From contig JAQVSI010000001.1 of NCBI GenBank assembly GCA_028700625.1, positions 7,570-71,569 of the forward strand: a stretch of DNA of 64,000 nt, in the 5' to 3' direction. Below are positions 1 through 9,536 of the stretch, piece after piece. The position numbers were made by a program, and so were the translations under genes. The notes beneath the pieces are model-generated. The model saw only the letters and a program-made list of their open reading frames with translations. It made no database searches and had not been told where the DNA came from. Numbering within the stretch: the first letter of the stretch is position 1; every line of letters begins with the position of its first letter. This DNA comes from Candidatus Shapirobacteria bacterium (GTDB taxonomy: Bacteria; Patescibacteriota; Microgenomatia; UBA12405).

Positions 1-22
1 AATTTTAATAGTATCATTAATA

Positions 23-670
23 ATGTCACTCTTTCTCGATCTAATCTTCCCTAAAATCTGCTACGGTTGTGGTCAAAAAGGGGATTATTTATGCCCCAAA
101 TGCCAAAAAAATATTCATGTTTTAAACACTAAAGCACCCCAAAACGGTTTCGACGGTGGTCTTAGTCTTTTTAAATACGATTCAGCCATAAAATCGGCCA
201 TAATTGATTTAAAATACCACTTTGTTTCCGATAATATTGATATTCTAGTCAATTTCATTGTTAAAACCCTAAAATCAGACTTTCCCAATCTAATTAAATA
301 TTGGCAGCAAAATAATTTCATTTTAATTCCCATTCCTCTTCATCCTTCTCGTCAAAATTGGCGCGGTTTTAATCAATCCCAACTTTTAGCTCAAAAAATC
401 GCCTCAAAATTGTCTTTAGATTTCTCAGATGAGATTATTATTCGTCATCAAGAGACTATGCCTCAAGCCAGACTAAAAAATACCAAAGATAGAACAAAAA
501 ATGTCGTCAATATCTTCTCTTTAAACCCAAATATAGGAAAAATAAAACATAAAAATTTTATTCTTTTTGACGATGTTTCCACGACTCAATCGACTCTTTC
601 TTCTGCTCAAAACACTCTTAAAACCTTGTCCCCATTACACTGTTGGTATTTGACTCTATCGGCTGGATAA
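23..670 (+). CDS. comF: ComF family amidophosphoribosyltransferase-like competence protein
   Basis: N-terminal CxxC..CxxC zinc ribbon, PIPLH..R..RGFNQS, LFDDVSTT PRT motif. Confidence 0.9.
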   Translation: MSLFLDLIFPKICYGCGQKGDYLCPKCQKNIHVLNTKAPQNGFDGGLSLFKYDSAIKSAIIDLKYHFVSDNIDILVNFIVKTLKSDFPNLIKYWQQNNFILIPIPLHPSRQNWRGFNQSQLLAQKIASKLSLDFSDEIIIRHQETMPQARLKNTKDRTKNVVNIFSLNPNIGKIKHKNFILFDDVSTTQSTLSSAQNTLKTLSPLHCWYLTLSAG

Positions 671-1280
671 CTTCTTCTTCAGTCGACGTATTATTTTGAT
701 CCATTTGTTGCATTCCTTCAAATGGGGTCAAAGAGCTTAGATAAAAATTATCGACATGTAATCCATGTTGAGCCAAAGAATCAATCAATTCTTGTTTTAC
801 CTCATCTTCAATAATACTTCTATCAGTCGACAAAGCTTTTATTAAAGTATGATTGGTTAAAACTTTTCTAATTCGGCTTCGAGTTACTGGTCTAACCACT
901 TTTGAAACAAAATTTTCACCAATATTTTGCCAAATTTCAGGCAATTTTTCAGTATCGAGTTTGATTAAAACTGTTGCTTCTACTGCCACAAATTTATTAT
1001 CAGAAGTTACTGCATTAATCACTTCATCACCCATTATCTCTTTATTGTCTTTCAAGATAATATCTTTAGACACAGTATATTCTATTAATTGAGCATTAAA
1101 CAATTTTACTCGGTGAATTAGAGGTACTTTAAAATGCATTCCTGGGTGCCAAACATTTTTCAAAACTCCTCTAAAAATACTATAAATACAGCCAACGTGA
1201 CCTGGTGGAACGGTTACTATAAATCCGCCAACAACTTCGTCAACTAAAAGGGAAACTAAGAGATTATCTATTGATGCCAT
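618..1280 (-). CDS. SPFH/prohibitin (band 7) domain protein
   Basis: VPPGHVG...PGMHFKVP, AVTSD, VVRPVTRSRIR pattern. Confidence 0.8.
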   Translation of the reverse strand: MASIDNLLVSLLVDEVVGGFIVTVPPGHVGCIYSIFRGVLKNVWHPGMHFKVPLIHRVKLFNAQLIEYTVSKDIILKDNKEIMGDEVINAVTSDNKFVAVEATVLIKLDTEKLPEIWQNIGENFVSKVVRPVTRSRIRKVLTNHTLIKALSTDRSIIEDEVKQELIDSLAQHGLHVDNFYLSSLTPFEGMQQMDQNNTSTEEEVIQPIESNTNSVMGTRF

Positions 1281-1301
1281 ATATGTAGAAGAATTATAGC
1301 A

Positions 1302-1949
1302 TTAAAAGGCCAAAGTTATCTCGTTTAGCTCCTTTTCTGGGTCTTTAGCTTTAATAATAAATGAAGAAATTAATATTCCTTTTGCTCCAAGTTTCAAACT
1401 AACCGACACATCTTCTTTTGAGTGTATTCCAGCTCCCACTAAAACCGGTATTTTGCCATATTTTTCCACTATTTTTTTAATTATTTCTGGTTTTTCACTG
1501 GCTACCGATTTTTCACTATTGCCAATAAATTCTTTTGGTTCGTAAGCAATCATGTCAGGTTTAATATTTTTTGCCCAACCATCAGCTTGCCCAAGGGTAC
1601 TAACGCAAACCACCGATTTAAAACCTTTTGGCCAATTTTTTAATATATTTTTAATTGAACCGGGTTTTATTTTATGCTCAGAATGGTTTATTAATGTCCC
1701 TTCTATTTTTAATTCTTTGGCTTGGAAAGGGGAAATAAATCCTGTTTTAGCTCCATCATTAACACTATCGACTGCTTGCAAATATACATCAATTCCCAGT
1801 TTTTCTTTAATTCTAACAGCATCTAATGCCGAGACTATTGGAATAATTTTAACCCCAGTTTTTTTCATCACTTTTTGGCAAATCTCTGCCATTTTCAAAG
1901 CCCCATCTCCAAACGTTTCTTTATAAATTTTAAAATTAACTAATATCAT
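1302..1949 (-). CDS. tpiA: Triosephosphate isomerase, short archaeal-type
   Basis: VNFK, NHSE, AYEP, VGAGI motifs; 215 aa. Confidence 0.92.
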   Translation of the reverse strand: MILVNFKIYKETFGDGALKMAEICQKVMKKTGVKIIPIVSALDAVRIKEKLGIDVYLQAVDSVNDGAKTGFISPFQAKELKIEGTLINHSEHKIKPGSIKNILKNWPKGFKSVVCVSTLGQADGWAKNIKPDMIAYEPKEFIGNSEKSVASEKPEIIKKIVEKYGKIPVLVGAGIHSKEDVSVSLKLGAKGILISSFIIKAKDPEKELNEITLAF

Positions 1950-1962
1950 TATTAATTTTTAA

Positions 1963-3483
1963 TTATTTAACCAAACCATATTTTTGTTTTAATTGACTAA
2001 TTCCACTAATCAAAGTTTTAACAACATCTTCACTCTTTTCATTTTTTAAATTAATACCATTTATTGCATCACCAAAATATTTTTGCATTTCTGTATTAAC
2101 CCCATCATCACCAGTATTTGAAGCCAAATACCAACTACTGGCATTATTAGCTGTATCTACAAAAGGCTTAATTTTAGTATTACTGCTTATTTTTTCCACC
2201 ATACTTTTTCGAGGATAAATTTGTCCAAAACTTCTAATTAAAGAATCGGCTTGATACATTTTTTCCAATCCTTCAGTTGAAGATAAATATTCCAAAAATT
2301 TCCAAGCTTCTTTCTGATATTTACTTTTGTTATTTATTCCCTCTGTCCAATAAGTCGACCAGTGAATATTTGTTAATTCAGCCTCTGCTCCAATTTTGTC
2401 AGTTGGGGTTGATGCATTTGTTGGTAGTTGAGGTAAACTAGTCACTTGAAAATCTAAATTAGGATTTAAGGTTTGAATATCAAAAATTCTCCATGAAGGC
2501 CCAAAATAAAAACCAAGATTTCCACTAGCAAAATATTGAGTTGAATTAGGCAAACTTTCATCCCAAACCTTGTCACTAGTTTTAAATAAAGTATAAAAAT
2601 CTAATACATCTTTTAATTTTTTTTCATTATCAGCAGATAAAGTGTTTAAATCAACTCCGTTTTGTTTCATCATCAAACCCACAATATCACTCCAATGATC
2701 CACATTTTCCACTGTTCCGATTGCTGCTCCAGCCACTTTAATTTTTCCATCAGCGTCTCTTTCAGTTATTTTAACAGCCGATTTTTTCAAATCCCACCAA
2801 TTATTAGGAACCTTAACTTGAGCTTTCTCTAACAAGGAAGGGTTATAGAACATCACTAATCCGTCATACATCAGTGGCACTGATAAATATTGACCATTTT
2901 CTTTTAAATCGCTTTTATAAACATCAAAAAAGTCATTTTCTAGTCCAATAGCTGTGACCACTTCAGTAGGAACAGCAGCTAAATTGTCCCTAAACATAGG
3001 CAACCAAGTATTATGGATTCTAAAAATATCTGGAACATCTTCAGTTTCTCCGCTTTTAGCTAATCTGCCATTAAGTCTTCCAGCATAACCATTTAATTGG
3101 TTTCTTTTATAATTTATTTTTATGTTTGGATTTTTGCTTTCAAAATCGGCAATTATTCCATTCATCACACTTTCGTCTTCCCACAACCCCCAATAATTCA
3201 AAGTAACAAGTTTACTAGAATCACTTCCTTTAATAAGATTAAAAACAATAATTGCTATTATAAAAAATATTATTCCTGATCCCATCAATATAAATAGTTT
3301 TTTATGACTCTTTTTAACTATTGGAACATTAATAGGTGGAACACTTTGAGAAATATTTGTTGGTGCCTCACTCGTTTGATCATTAACCAAAGGAATACTC
3401 TGTTCAATATTTTCGTTTTCTGTTTCCGTTTTAAAAACCACTTTTCTTGGTGGTAACGGTGATTTTATATCTTCAAGACTCAC
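1963..3483 (-). CDS. Membrane-anchored ABC sugar-type extracellular solute-binding protein
   Basis: TM helix, then LNYWGLWED, PDIF, PLMYDGLVMFYN, AWKFLEYL. Confidence 0.85.
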   Translation of the reverse strand: MSLEDIKSPLPPRKVVFKTETENENIEQSIPLVNDQTSEAPTNISQSVPPINVPIVKKSHKKLFILMGSGIIFFIIAIIVFNLIKGSDSSKLVTLNYWGLWEDESVMNGIIADFESKNPNIKINYKRNQLNGYAGRLNGRLAKSGETEDVPDIFRIHNTWLPMFRDNLAAVPTEVVTAIGLENDFFDVYKSDLKENGQYLSVPLMYDGLVMFYNPSLLEKAQVKVPNNWWDLKKSAVKITERDADGKIKVAGAAIGTVENVDHWSDIVGLMMKQNGVDLNTLSADNEKKLKDVLDFYTLFKTSDKVWDESLPNSTQYFASGNLGFYFGPSWRIFDIQTLNPNLDFQVTSLPQLPTNASTPTDKIGAEAELTNIHWSTYWTEGINNKSKYQKEAWKFLEYLSSTEGLEKMYQADSLIRSFGQIYPRKSMVEKISSNTKIKPFVDTANNASSWYLASNTGDDGVNTEMQKYFGDAINGINLKNEKSEDVVKTLISGISQLKQKYGLVK

Positions 3484-3546
3484 ATATATATCATACCCTA
3501 AATATTCATCTCTTGGCTATAATTAATTATTAGAAATTAAAGAAAG

Positions 3547-3586
3547 TCGCCCTGTCAAGGGAGATGCCCGAAGGGCAGAGGGTTTT
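3547..3586 (+). repeat. GC-rich double-hairpin dispersed element, copy 1 (intergenic)
   Basis: tcgccct-gtca-agggaga tgccc-gaa-gggca gagggtttt. Confidence 0.85.
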
Positions 3587-3596
3587 AATTAAATTC

Positions 3597-4340
3597 ATGC
3601 AATCTTTATATTTATCTCTTCTAGCAGTTTTAATTGTCAGTTTAGTTTCCCTTTCTGGCATTGCTTTATTTTTTTTAAATAAAAAAACTAGTCAAAAAAT
3701 AAATCTTCTTCTTGTTAGTTTTGCCATTGGTGCTCTTTTAGGGGACACTTTTATTCATCTTTTGCCCGAAGCTTTTCAATCACTAAATTCCTTAACTGTT
3801 TCTTTTCTAACTATCGTCGGTTTATTACTTTTTTTTGTTTTGGAAAAAATTCTTCGTTGGCATCATTGTCATGAAATTAATTGTAATGAAAGTAAACATC
3901 TTATTGTTTTAAATACTGTCGGAGACACCATTCATAATCTAATTGATGGTATGCTCATTGCGGCCAGTTTTGCCGTCAATTTTAAATTGGGAATCGTTAC
4001 CAGCATTGCCGTTCTTCTTCATGAAATTCCCCAAGAAATAGGCGATTTTGCTATTTTAATTCATGGTGGATTATCAGCCAAAAAAGCTGTTTTATATAAT
4101 TTATTTACTGCCACTTCAGCTTTTTTAGGTGTCTTTTTATTTTTCTTTTTGGGCTCTAAAATTTCCTCTTTATCTCTATATTTACTTCCAATCACTGCCG
4201 GTGCTTTCATTTATTTGTCAGCCAGCGATCTAATTCCCGAGCTTCATCGCCACGATCAAAAACTTTCCCATTCTCTTTTGCAACTAATCTTTATAATTCT
4301 CGGAGTCGCTCTCATGTCCCTTTTGGCTTTTTTAGAATAA
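3597..4340 (+). CDS. ZIP family zinc transporter
   Basis: HLLPEA, WHHCH, GDTIHNLIDG, HEIPQEIGD; start moved to ATG 3597 because the ORF-track start lies in the repeat. Confidence 0.92.
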   Translation: MQSLYLSLLAVLIVSLVSLSGIALFFLNKKTSQKINLLLVSFAIGALLGDTFIHLLPEAFQSLNSLTVSFLTIVGLLLFFVLEKILRWHHCHEINCNESKHLIVLNTVGDTIHNLIDGMLIAASFAVNFKLGIVTSIAVLLHEIPQEIGDFAILIHGGLSAKKAVLYNLFTATSAFLGVFLFFFLGSKISSLSLYLLPITAGAFIYLSASDLIPELHRHDQKLSHSLLQLIFIILGVALMSLLAFLE

Positions 4341-4401
4341 GATCATTGTTTTTCTATAATTTAGGTGTATCTTACTGATACATTATAATCATTTAAATAA
4401 A

Positions 4402-4794
4402 ATGAAAGAAAGTTTTGATGTTGAAAAAAATAGAAGTAAGGATATTTCTAAAAATGAGAAATTATTAATAGATTCTGGCGTAATCGATCTATTTGAAAAT
4501 AAAATTAAATCCCAAAAGACACTAAATGGAGGGGATCTAGAAATAAAAAGAACTCACGATTTTTCAAGTGTTATTTTTAATTGGAATTTTAAAAGTACTA
4601 GGTGTGTTTTTAATAAAGGAGAAGATTGTATTATTAATACCTGTAAAACTGTAATCGCAAAAATTAAGGAAGAAGGTTTATTTATCGGTTATTTAGGACG
4701 ACATAGTTTAGAAAATTTTGAAAAAGTCGAATCAGGAAATTTAGAAGAATTAACAAATAGGGCTATAAAATTGGCAGAAAGAAATAGTTTTTAG
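4402..4794 (+). CDS. Hypothetical protein
   Basis: 130 aa ORF, no recognised motif. Confidence 0.6.
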   Translation: MKESFDVEKNRSKDISKNEKLLIDSGVIDLFENKIKSQKTLNGGDLEIKRTHDFSSVIFNWNFKSTRCVFNKGEDCIINTCKTVIAKIKEEGLFIGYLGRHSLENFEKVESGNLEELTNRAIKLAERNSF

Positions 4795-4846
4795 CATTTA
4801 TCAAACAAAAAATCAGATTTGATGTCTAATTTGCTATTATTTAAAT

Positions 4847-5263
4847 ATGCAAATCAATGTTTTTACCGATGGTGGGTCTCGTGGTAATCCTGGTCACTCT
4901 GGTTATGGTCTAGTTATTTACGATGATGATAAAAAAATCTTATTTAAAGAATCAAAATATATTGGAATTAAAACCAATAACGAAGCCGAATATGCTGGTC
5001 TAATTGGTGCTCTAAATTGGATAAAAGACAACAAAGATTCTCATAAAATTTCTCAAATCAATTTTTTTGCCGATTCTCAATTGTTGGTTCGCCAAGTCCA
5101 AGGTTTATATAAAGTTAAGGCTGTTCATTTAAAACCACTTTTTACCACTGTTAAAAATTTATTAGACCAAATTAATACAACTTATTCTTTTAAAGATATT
5201 CGTCGCGAATCCAACGAATTAGCCGATGAGTTGGCCAATTGCGCCATGGATCGAAAATGTTAA
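4847..5263 (+). CDS. rnhA: Ribonuclease HI family protein
   Basis: TDGGSRGNPG, TNNEAEY, DSQL, N..AD.LAN. Confidence 0.92.
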   Translation: MQINVFTDGGSRGNPGHSGYGLVIYDDDKKILFKESKYIGIKTNNEAEYAGLIGALNWIKDNKDSHKISQINFFADSQLLVRQVQGLYKVKAVHLKPLFTTVKNLLDQINTTYSFKDIRRESNELADELANCAMDRKC

Positions 5264-5266
5264 GTT

Positions 5267-6988
5267 ATGAATAAAAAATCCCTTTTTTACTTATTTTTTA
5301 TAATTTTTTTCATTTTCTTAACTCTTCTTTTAGGTCCAATTATTGCCTATTACGACAAAACCGGCAGTAATACTTATCTCTTAGATAAAAACTATTCTCA
5401 TCTTTCTCGTAGTCAAATTTTAGATCAAATCGATAAAGATTTTATTCTTCCAGAAAATATTATTTTAATTTCTCCAAACAAAGAAAAAACCAAATTTTCC
5501 TTGGCTTCCGTTTCCGCCCAAATCAATAAAAATAAAATAGCTAGCTCTATGCTCTATCGTCGCCTTAATCAAGGAATTCCTGCTTATATCAGGTATTTCT
5601 TTAAACCAAAAAAATTTAACTTAGAAATAACTTTTGACACCAACAAGTTAAATGAGCAAGTAAACTATGTGGCCTCTCTTGTCGACAAACCTTTTATTCC
5701 CACTGAAATTAATTATAAAAATAAAGTGGTTTCCATTACTAAAGGTTCCATTGGTGTTCAATTAAATAAAGATTCCTTTATAAACACTTTTACCAGCTCA
5801 CTTATCACGGGCAATTTTAATCAAGAAATTAATCTAGAAACAGAAAATATTGGTTTTATTCCCACCGACGACCAAATCAATGAAGCCAAGCAAAAAGCTC
5901 AAAAATTAACTAAAAAATCTTTAATCCTTAATGAAGGTTTTACTAAAATAACAGTAGATAGTAATACTCTAATTTCTTGGCTTGCCTTCGAAAATAATTA
6001 TCAATCAGATAAAATCAAAGATTATATTAAAAATTTAAGTGTAAGTCTTCAAAGAGAACCTGTCGATGCTGTTTTCAAGTTTGAAAACAATAAAGTTACC
6101 GAATTTAAACCTTCCCAAGACGGAATTAAAATCAAAGAAGACGAATTGTCTAATTTAATAATAAAATCCCTAGAAAAATTAATTAATTCTGATGATGTTT
6201 CTAAGACTATTGATGTTCCCACAATTGCCACTGCTCCAAAAATTACCAACGGTGATGCTAATAATTTGGGTATAAAAGATCTTTTAGGAAGGGGAACTTC
6301 CAGTTTCAGTCATTCCAGTGTTATTCGCAATATGAATGTAGAAAAAGGAGCTTCAATTATCAACCGCATTTTAGTAGCTCCAGGTGAAACTTTTTCTTTT
6401 ATTAAAAATTTAGGTGAAGTTAGTCTAGAAGCTGGTTACAAAAAAGCTTATATCATCCGTCAAGGTAAAACCGAGCTTGATGTTGGTGGGGGAGTTTGTC
6501 AGGTTTCTACCACTCTTTTCCGAGCCATGCTCGATGCTGGTTTAAATATTACTGCTCGTCAAAATCATGCTTATCGTGTCAGTTACTACGAAGAAGATTC
6601 TAAACCTGGTTTTGATGCCACTGTTTTTATTCCCAATCCAGACCTTAAATTTATAAACGACACTCCTAGTTATCTTTTAATTCAAAGCACTTACGATGGC
6701 ACAAATAAAAAATTAGCTTATGAAATTTATGGCACCAACGATGGTCGCAAAACTGAAATTTCCAATTATAAACAATGGGGGTCTCAATCTCCACCTCCAG
6801 ACGTTTGGATCGATGATCCAACCCTTCCTGTTGGTAAAGTTATTCAAGATGAACAAAGAATTCCTGGTTTAAAAACTGCTTTCGATTGGACAGTTAAAAA
6901 AGCCGATGGTTCCATTCTTCATCAAAAAACTTTTACCTCTAATTTCGTTCCCTGGGCTGCTGTTTTCCGCCGCGGCACCAAAATCTAA
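5267..6988 (+). CDS. VanW family protein with peptidoglycan-binding repeats
   Basis: PGETFSF, GGGVCQVSTT, HAYRVSYY, DLKFIND. Confidence 0.9.
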   Translation: MNKKSLFYLFFIIFFIFLTLLLGPIIAYYDKTGSNTYLLDKNYSHLSRSQILDQIDKDFILPENIILISPNKEKTKFSLASVSAQINKNKIASSMLYRRLNQGIPAYIRYFFKPKKFNLEITFDTNKLNEQVNYVASLVDKPFIPTEINYKNKVVSITKGSIGVQLNKDSFINTFTSSLITGNFNQEINLETENIGFIPTDDQINEAKQKAQKLTKKSLILNEGFTKITVDSNTLISWLAFENNYQSDKIKDYIKNLSVSLQREPVDAVFKFENNKVTEFKPSQDGIKIKEDELSNLIIKSLEKLINSDDVSKTIDVPTIATAPKITNGDANNLGIKDLLGRGTSSFSHSSVIRNMNVEKGASIINRILVAPGETFSFIKNLGEVSLEAGYKKAYIIRQGKTELDVGGGVCQVSTTLFRAMLDAGLNITARQNHAYRVSYYEEDSKPGFDATVFIPNPDLKFINDTPSYLLIQSTYDGTNKKLAYEIYGTNDGRKTEISNYKQWGSQSPPPDVWIDDPTLPVGKVIQDEQRIPGLKTAFDWTVKKADGSILHQKTFTSNFVPWAAVFRRGTKI

Positions 6989-6991
6989 ATA

Positions 6992-7746
6992 TTATTTAGT
7001 TGTAGATTCTTTAAGTTTCAAAATTTTATCTCTCATAATCACTTCTACTTCATTTTTTGTTACGTTTTTTGGAAAATAAAAAGACTCACCAAAACAAATT
7101 TCTATTTGTTGATTTTTATAAGGTTTTCAGCTGTCACAACCATGTACATAAACTGGAATAAGAGGGACCGAAGATAATTCTTGCTTCAATCTTGTTTTAT
7201 AAATATGAAATATTCCAGATTGAAAAGGTAATTCTGGATTGTAATCAATATCTCCGACCACTTGTGGAAATATTAAAATAGATCTTTTATTTAGATCAAG
7301 TATTTCATTTACATCAGAAATAAAATTTCTATTTAATTTTTTCGGATTATTTCTAACTGGAATAAGGTCGTCTCCAATACTTTTATTAAAACCTTCTTTT
7401 ATTGGCAATATTATTTTTTCTTGAACATCATTCAAAATTTTATTTTTAGGATTTTTTTCATAATCAATCTGTCCTACTATTGTAATTTTTCCCCAGTCGT
7501 CTTATAAATTTGATTGAATATAAATAAATGGTCTGGTCTTGTCCCAGAATCATCGCCACCTTCTACTAGACTATTGTGATTTGAAAAAATAATATGTGGC
7601 TTATCGATAATCTCTTTAAGATTTTCAATTCCATAAGTTTTAACATTAAATTTTTCCACATAATCAGTTCTTAAATAACCCAAAATTGGGGCTAATGTTT
7701 TTTTACCAACAAAGTTGCTAACATTTTCTATTTTTTCACTAAACAT
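6992..7746 (-). pseudogene. Disrupted PlsC-like acyltransferase-family gene
   Basis: GIENL..IIFSNH, ILIFPQ, VPLIPVYVHG, IEICFGE; 1-nt frameshift at T5 run 7486-7490 and in-frame TGA at 7127-7129, reading on to TAA at 6992. Confidence 0.7.
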
Positions 7747-7753
7747 AATCGAA

Positions 7754-8779
7754 TTATAACCCCAGTCTCGGGTTTCGATCTAATTTTTCTTTATCTTTCA
7801 CAAATTCTTTTCTCAATGCTTTGTAATAAGCCGCAATTCCAATCATAGCTGCATTATCAGTATTAAATTGTTTTTTAACTGGCATAAAAATTGGAGTTTT
7901 AGTTTCTTTTGCTAATTTTCTTAATCTTTTTCTAAGTTCTAAATTTGCCAAAACTCCACCACTGACTAATAATGTTTTTGGCTTATAAAATTCAATCGCT
8001 TTTCTAAATTTTATTAAAAGACTATCAAACACTGCATCTTGGAAAGTTGCCGATAAGTTAGCTAAATTTTGTCCAATTTTTTCTTTTGGCCAATCTTTAA
8101 TTTGATAGTAAAAAGAAGTTTTTAATCCGGAAAACGAATAATCAAAATTCTTTTGATTTGATAATGGACGAGGCAGTTTTAAATAATTTTTATCACCTTT
8201 TTCAGCTAATCTTTCTAAAATTGGTCCACCTGGATATCCAAGCCCCATCATTTTTGCTGCTTTGTCCAAAGCCTCTCCCGCCGCATCATCCAAAGTCTCT
8301 CCAATTACTTTATATTTTCCAATTTTTTCAACTAAAACTAATTTTGTATGACCTCCAGAAACAGTCATCGCTAAAGCCGGAAATTCAATTTTTCTGTCTG
8401 GCTTTCCTTCTTTATTTTTAATTAAATTAACCAAAATATGGCCTTCCACATGGTTTACCCCGATTAATTTTTTATTATATTTAATTGCCATTTCCTTAGC
8501 TTTATTTACCCCAATTCCCAAAGCAATCGCCAATCCCGGCCCCAAAGTCACTGCAATCACATCAATATCTTCCATTTTTAAATGAGCCCTTTTCAAAGAA
8601 GTTTTTATTACTGGTTCAATTCTTTCATTATGTGCTCTCTTTGCAATATCAGGAACCACTCCACCCCATTTGGCATGTAAATCAGTTTGAGATGAAATCA
8701 CATTTGAAAGTAGTTGGTCGTTTTTCAAAACAGCCGCACAAGTATCGTCACAACTAGTTTCTATTGCTAATATTTTCAT
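7754..8779 (-). CDS. tsaD: tRNA N6-threonylcarbamoyltransferase TsaD
   Basis: ETSCDDT, HVEGH, VSGGHT, DDAAGEA, FSGLKT, TDNAAMI. Confidence 0.97.
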   Translation of the reverse strand: MKILAIETSCDDTCAAVLKNDQLLSNVISSQTDLHAKWGGVVPDIAKRAHNERIEPVIKTSLKRAHLKMEDIDVIAVTLGPGLAIALGIGVNKAKEMAIKYNKKLIGVNHVEGHILVNLIKNKEGKPDRKIEFPALAMTVSGGHTKLVLVEKIGKYKVIGETLDDAAGEALDKAAKMMGLGYPGGPILERLAEKGDKNYLKLPRPLSNQKNFDYSFSGLKTSFYYQIKDWPKEKIGQNLANLSATFQDAVFDSLLIKFRKAIEFYKPKTLLVSGGVLANLELRKRLRKLAKETKTPIFMPVKKQFNTDNAAMIGIAAYYKALRKEFVKDKEKLDRNPRLGL

Positions 8780-8799
8780 TATTAATGTATTATAAATGT

Positions 8800-9489
8800 A
8801 TGGAATCGAAAAATACTAAATATCTCGTATTAACCATAGTCTTGCTGATTTTATCAGTCTTTGGAATTTTTTTGATATTCAAGATTAATAATTCTCCAGT
8901 TTCTACTCAAAATAAACCTGAAACCCAAGATCTAATATCTAAAATTTCAATTACCCCAACTTCTAAACCTATTGTCACTATAACTCCTATTGCCACAATT
9001 ACTGGCAAGATTGCTTCTCCTTCACCAACCAAAAAACCAACTATTACCAAAACTCCAACCGCGACTCCAACTGCCAAAATAACTCCAACCACAATTATTA
9101 CCCCCAGTCCAATTCCAACAGAATCAGTTTCTGGTCAAATAAATTATAAAAACCAAGAAGACGGTTTTTCTATAGAATATTCATCTACAAGAAAGTTCTA
9201 TCAAGACAAAGAAAGTAGCGGTAATCGCTATACTTTCTATAGCTTGTCAGGTAATTTTGCAGTTCACGTTGCCCTCAGTGGCTCTTGGGCTTGGACTAAT
9301 TCAGACAGAAATTTTAGTTCTAGTTTTATAGTTTCTGGTCAAAACACTTTTCGCTATGAAATCGCCACTCAAACCATTGTTGATCTTCAATCAAGCGATA
9401 AAAATTACACCATCCAATGTGTTCACAATGGCAAAGAATCGCTCAAAACCGAATGCGAAGCCTTCATTAAATCCTTCCAATTATTATAA
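8800..9489 (+). CDS. Membrane-anchored Pro/Thr-rich surface protein (PsbP-like C-terminus)
   Basis: TM helix, TPT-rich linker, C-terminal domain; start taken at MESKN. Confidence 0.7.
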   Translation: MESKNTKYLVLTIVLLILSVFGIFLIFKINNSPVSTQNKPETQDLISKISITPTSKPIVTITPIATITGKIASPSPTKKPTITKTPTATPTAKITPTTIITPSPIPTESVSGQINYKNQEDGFSIEYSSTRKFYQDKESSGNRYTFYSLSGNFAVHVALSGSWAWTNSDRNFSSSFIVSGQNTFRYEIATQTIVDLQSSDKNYTIQCVHNGKESLKTECEAFIKSFQLL

Positions 9490-9500
9490 AAAATTATATT

Positions 9501-9528
9501 TGGTCATTGGAAATTGGACATTAGAAAT
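9501..9528 (+). repeat. Degenerate heptamer tandem repeat
   Basis: tggtcat tggaaat tggacat tagaaat; related run at 26209-26236. Confidence 0.6.
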
Positions 9529-9536
9529 TAAATATC

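Noticed and set aside
3564-3596. N-terminal extensions MPEGQRV.. (ZIP) and MPAEWVG.. (DnaG, 22580)
   Set aside because: Both starts fall inside repeat copies, and better starts lie downstream.
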